DNA of 64,000 nt. Source: Azolla caroliniana. Taxonomy: Eukaryota > Plantae > Polypodiophyta. How positions within the stretch are numbered: position 1 is the first letter of the stretch; every line of letters begins with the position of its first letter. Shown here one piece after another: positions 59,208-64,000 of this stretch. The position numbers and the translations under genes are program-made. The stretch covers positions 13,392,001-13,456,000 of the forward strand of contig JBHGNT010000002.1 in the NCBI GenBank assembly GCA_043228905.1, given 5' to 3'. The notes beneath the pieces were generated by a model that saw nothing but the letters and a program-made list of their open reading frames with translations, did not search any database and had not been told where the DNA came from.

Positions 59208-62200
59208 ATGGACGAATCGTTTGGCGGCATGTTCAAGCTCACCGTCTCCAACTATTCAATGTGGAAGTCGAAGATGAGGGACATGCTCGTGGTTAAAGAC
59301 CTCTGGCTGCCGGTTCAGTTCGGGGACAAGAGACCGGACAAAATCGACGCCGCGATATGGGAGGTGATGCACATGAAGACAACGGTGTACATACGGTGCT
59401 TCATCGACATGAGCCTGTACAACAACTTCAATGAAGAGAGCAAGGCTCATGAGCTTTGGGAGAAGATCAGCATAATGTTTCAAAACAAAAATGTTGTTAA
59501 TCAGGTTTCGGTATTCCGGAAGCTAGTAAGACTCCGGTACCAAGATGGCTCCAGCATGGCGGAGCATATGAATGCCTTCCAGGGGCTGATACACCAGGCA
59601 ACGTCATTGGAAGTACCTCTCGCCGATAAGGTACTAGCGCTACTCCTGCTCGGTTCCCTCCCGGATAGCTGGGAGACGTTGGTTGTCACTTTGGGCAACG
59701 CCGAACCGGAAGGAAAACGGTTATCCCTAGCAAGAGTAAAGTCAAGCCTGCTAGATGAGGAGGCGCGTCGGAAAGATAAAGATACGAGCTCCGACTCCAA
59801 AGCGCTCCTTACCGAATCGGAACGCGGAAGACATAGAAACCGTAGTCCCCAGAACCGGGAGAAGTCGGGGACACGGTCAAAGTCAAGGGGGAGGCCCACT
59901 TGCTTCTATTGCGGCAAGTCGGGTCACTTCCAAAAGAACTGTCGGCATTTCCGTAAAGACAAGGAAACCGACGGTACCGATTCGAAGCAGACCCCAGACC
60001 GGAACGGTAAAGACCGGAAGGGGACGGACCGGAAGGGAACGACGGCAATCGCGGCAAGTGAAGAGGAGTTGATGCTCATCACCGAGGAGAGTGAGATAAA
60101 CCTTGCCGGTGACGAGATGACCTGGGTGGTAGACTCCGGAGCGTCATTCCACCTTACCCTGGACCGGAAATGCTTCTCATCCTACTCAGCCGGTGACCAC
60201 GGCTGTGTCCGGATGGGGAATGAAGGTACATGCCGAATTGTCGGCATAGGAAACGTGTGGCTATCAACACCAACCGGATGCAAGTTGCTGCTGAAGGATG
60301 TCTGACACGTTCCGGAGGTTCGTCTAAACCTGATATCAATCGGTCGGCTAGATGATGAAGGCTACACGGGTAGTATCCGGAACGGTTTCATGAAGTTCAG
60401 CAAAGGGAGCCTCATTGTGGCCCGGGCCCGAAAGGTCAACACATTGTACCTGATGAATGCCCGGTTATGTTCGGAAGAAGTGAACGTGGCATCCGACACT
60501 GCCGGTGAGTTGTGGCACAAGAGGCTGTGTCATATGAGCGAGAAGGGGATGAAGGGCTTGCAGACGACAACCTCATTCTAGTGAAGAACGTGCACCTAGA
60601 GAAGTGCATTGATTGTCTGGCCGGTAAGCAGAACCGAACCTCCTTCCGACCAAGGCCACCGATGAGACGTAATGCACCACTGGAGTTGGTGCATACGGAT
60701 GTGTGTCAAGTAGACACGAAATCACATGCGGAGCGCAGTACTTTGTGACGTTCATAGATGACCATAGCCGGAAGCTGTGGGCCACACCGTTGAAGACAAA
60801 GGATCAGGTGTTATCCGTCTTCAAAAACCTCCACACGAGAGTGGAAAGAAAAACCGGTCGAAGCTGAAGGCAGTTCGGGCAGATAACGGAGGAGATACCG
60901 GGAGAAGTTCGAGGAGTACTGCCGCTCGAAGGGAATCCGGCTCGAATTTACAGTGCCGAAGACACCGGAACTAAACGGGCTGGCCGAGAGGATGAACCGG
61001 ACCATAATGGAGAGGGTCCGGAGTATGCTAGCGCATGCAAAAATACCCAAGAAGTTTTGGGCTGAGGCATTGTCGACGGCGACATACGTGATAAACAGAA
61101 TACCCTCAGTACCCTTGGACGGAGACACGCCACAGAGAGTATGGACCGGTAAGGAAGTGTCCTACCGGTATCTGAAGGTGTTCGGGTGTCTCTCGTACGT
61201 GCATGTAGCAAAGGACCGGAGAGGAAAGTTAGATCCAAAGACCCGGCCATGCATATTCCTCGGTTACGGTGACGATGAGTTCGGCTATCGAGTGTGGGAC
61301 CCCTTCGATAAGAAGGTATTCCGGAGTCGAGATATTATCTTCATGGAGGACAAGACGCTCGCCGACTGGTAGTCGGAGAAGAAGATAATGAACTCTGAGT
61401 CGACCGGTAAGGATCGACTCTATGATGAGCAGACCCAACCGGCGAGAGACCGGTTAGCACTCGAAGAACCAGTCGGATACGGTGAGGATACCGAACCGGC
61501 AGAAGAAGAAGTAGAGGAAGCGGAGACCGGAACCGGCCTAGACCCCGAATCGGATTCGGATGAAGAGCAAATGGAGGAGCTGGCTACCGAAGCCCAAAGA
61601 CGGAGATATCCTCTCAGAGAGAGAAGGGCCCCCCGGAGATTTCCGGATGTAGAGCATGTTCTGCTGACCGATGAGGGGGAGCCGGAAAGCTTCAAAGAAG
61701 CGAAGGATGACACCCACAGCCGAAAATGGTTAAGTGCCATGCAAGACAAGATGGATTCCCTACATGAGAACCATACGTACGAATTGGTGGAGTTGCCGAA
61801 AGGAAAGCGGGCACTCCGAAACAAGTGGGTGTACAAGTTGAAACCGGGAGATGCCGGCAACCCCCCGAGATACAAAGCCAGGATCGTGGTGAAGGGGTTC
61901 CAGCAGAAGAAGGGCATGGACTTCGACGAGATATTTGCCCCGGTAGTAAAGATGACCTCCATCCGGACGGTGCTGAGTATAGCGGCAAGCATGGACCTCG
62001 AGGTAGAACAGCTGGACGTGAAGACGACATTCCTTCACGGCGACCTCGAAGAGGAGATCTACATGCAACAACCGGAGGGATTTGTGGAGAAAGGGAAGGA
62101 GCACCTGGTATGCCGGTTGAAGAAGAGCCTCTACGGGTTGAATCAGGCCCCCCGGCAATGGTACCGGAAGTTTGACTCCTTCATGACCGATCAAGGGTAC

Positions 62201-63398
62201 CACAAGACGCAGGCCGATCACTGCGTGTTTGTGAAGAAGTTTGAAGGAGGCGACTTCCTGATACTCCTTCTGTACGTGGATGACATGTTGATCATCGGAC
62301 GTGACCAAGTCAAGATACGGATGTTGAAGAAGGCTCTCAACCGGACCTTCTCAATGAAAGACCTGGGTCCGGCAAGACAGATGTTGGGGATGCACATCAT
62401 TCGAGACCGGTGAAAGAAGCAATTATGGCTGTCACAGGAGAAGTACGTGACAAAGGTGCTTCACCGATTCAACATGTCAAAAGCAAAACCGGTCGGATCG
62501 ACACTTCCGGCAAACTGCAGGCTATCTGGTAAGCAAAGCCCAAAGACGAAAGCAGAGAAGGCGGATATGATGAAGATTCCATATGCCTCTGCCGTCGGGA
62601 GCTTGATGTACGCAATGGTGTGTACCCGACCGGATATAGGATACGCAATCGGAGTGGTGAGCCGGTTTATGAGCAATCCCGGCAAGGAGCACTGGAACGC
62701 GGTCAAATGGATACTCCGGTATTTGAAGGGCACTTGTTGAGGTTTTCCGGAGCCGAATCGGAGACACCGATTCGGACATGTCAGCTGATGTGGATACCAG
62801 CCGGTCTACATCCGGGTATGTAATGGCATATGCAGGGGGAGCTGTTTCACCGATTCGGACATGTCAGCTGATGTGGATACCAGCCGGTCTACATCCGGCT
62901 GGTACATATGTAATGGCATATGTGGACGGTTTCACCGATTCGGACATGTCAGCTGATGTGGATACCAGCCGGTCTACATCCGGGTATGTAATGGCATATG
63001 CAGGGGGAGCTGTTTCGTGGCAATCGAGGCTGCAGAAGACGGTTGCATTGTCAACCACGGAGGCGGAGTACATGGCGGTTGTGGAAGCCGGCAAGGAAAT
63101 ATTATGGATGAAGGACTTCATCGGAGAGCTCAGTATCCGGCAAGAGGAATACCGACTCTATTGCGACAGTCAAAGTGTCATCCACCTTGCTAAGAATGCG
63201 GCCTACCATTCCCGGACGAAGCATATCCAGCGGAGGTATCACTGGATCCAGGAAAGAGTAGATGACCAGGAGTTCGCGCTGATGAAGATCCACACGGCCG
63301 AGAATGGGTCAGATATGCTGACCAAAGTGCTGATACCCAACAAGCTGGATGCATGCCGGAAGCGGATCGGACTGGTAAGACACCCCATGCCGGAGTGA
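59208..63398 (+). pseudogene. C6 gag-PR-INT-RT-RH polyprotein
   Basis: LLLGSLPDSW, CFYCGKSGHFQKNC, WVVDSGAS, LWHKRLCH, NGLAERMNR, LYVDDML, ALSTTEAEY; stops, frameshifts and a local rearrangement. Confidence 0.92.
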
Positions 63399-64000
63399 AG
63401 GGGGAGTTTGTTGGGAAACCGTATGAGGAGGACCCAGCTACGGAGAGCCGGATGGTGCAAACCCGGTATGAACCGGATGAGGAGTACTCGGCTACGGAGA
63501 GCCGAATGATACAGACCCGGTGTGAACCAGATGAGGAGTACCCGGCTACGGAGAGCCGGATGGTGCAGACCCGGTGAGAACCGGATGAGGAGTACCCGGC
63601 TACGGAGAGCCGGATGGTGCAGGCCCGGTGAGAACCAGATGAGGAGCACCCGGCTACGGAGAGCCGAATGACGCAGACCCGGTGAGAACCGGAGGTAGAG
63701 ACATATTCGTAAATATGTTTCTGAGAGCCCATCGAGGCTATATTTGTAAATAGCTGAAAAGTCATATCAGTATAAATATGACTTAGGGCAAACATGTGTA
63801 TGTGTAGTTGTTCATTTTCTTGTTGGTGCAAGAAAAGAGAGTGTGTGTAACTATACAGAGAGAGAGAGAGAGAGAAAGAGGTCGTTGCCTCTGTTGTAAC
63901 CGCCGCCTGTGGTGAAGATCTGTGAGCACGAGGTCGGTGCCTCAGTGAACTCACGGTTGTATATTCTTACATAGTGACAATTTGCAGCCTGTGGGCTGCC

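Larger units (their letters stand above)
58373..64000 (+). mobile_element. Tnt1-like Ty1/Copia C6 (3' LTR runs off the window)
   Basis: 5' LTR 58373-59177; PBS TGGTATCAGAGC 59180-59191; PPT GAAGGGGGAG at about 63397-63406; 3' LTR from 63409. Confidence 0.93.

Overview
Eukaryotic, gene-free, repeat-saturated DNA. The retroelement lineages point to heterochromatin of a land plant, probably a non-seed plant (inference). Positions 1-39.3 kb are a five-deep LTR retrotransposon nest. An old minus-strand Ty3/Gypsy (A3) holds a minus-strand Ty1/Copia (C1+C3), which holds a plus-strand Copia (C2), which holds a young full-length Gypsy (A2, TSD ACCGA), which holds a young Tcn1-like chromovirus (B, TSD GCACC). 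A second A-family copy (A1) and a truncated chromovirus (D) are also inserted. After the nest come a complete decayed Copia (C4), a hAT transposase fragment, a chromovirus-like LTR (E) and an old Copia fragment (C5). Next is an unusual DNA-transposon-like region (about 51.3-58.4 kb) with a spliced DDE/D transposase, a convergent FCP1/NIF-like phosphatase pseudogene and arrays of the palindrome TAGCTAATTAGCTA. A Tnt1-like Copia (C6) runs off the right end. Most striking observation: A-family elements have no polypurine tract before the 3' LTR. In its place is a sense copy of a tRNA-Arg 3' end ending in CCA (an inverted PBS), in addition to the normal 5' PBS, which suggests tRNA priming of both cDNA strands. 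Element B shows Tf1-type self-priming, a -1 frameshift cassette and a tRNA/Pol III-like module in its LTR. All coordinates and comparisons were made by eye; family and tRNA assignments come from recalled motifs, not database searches.
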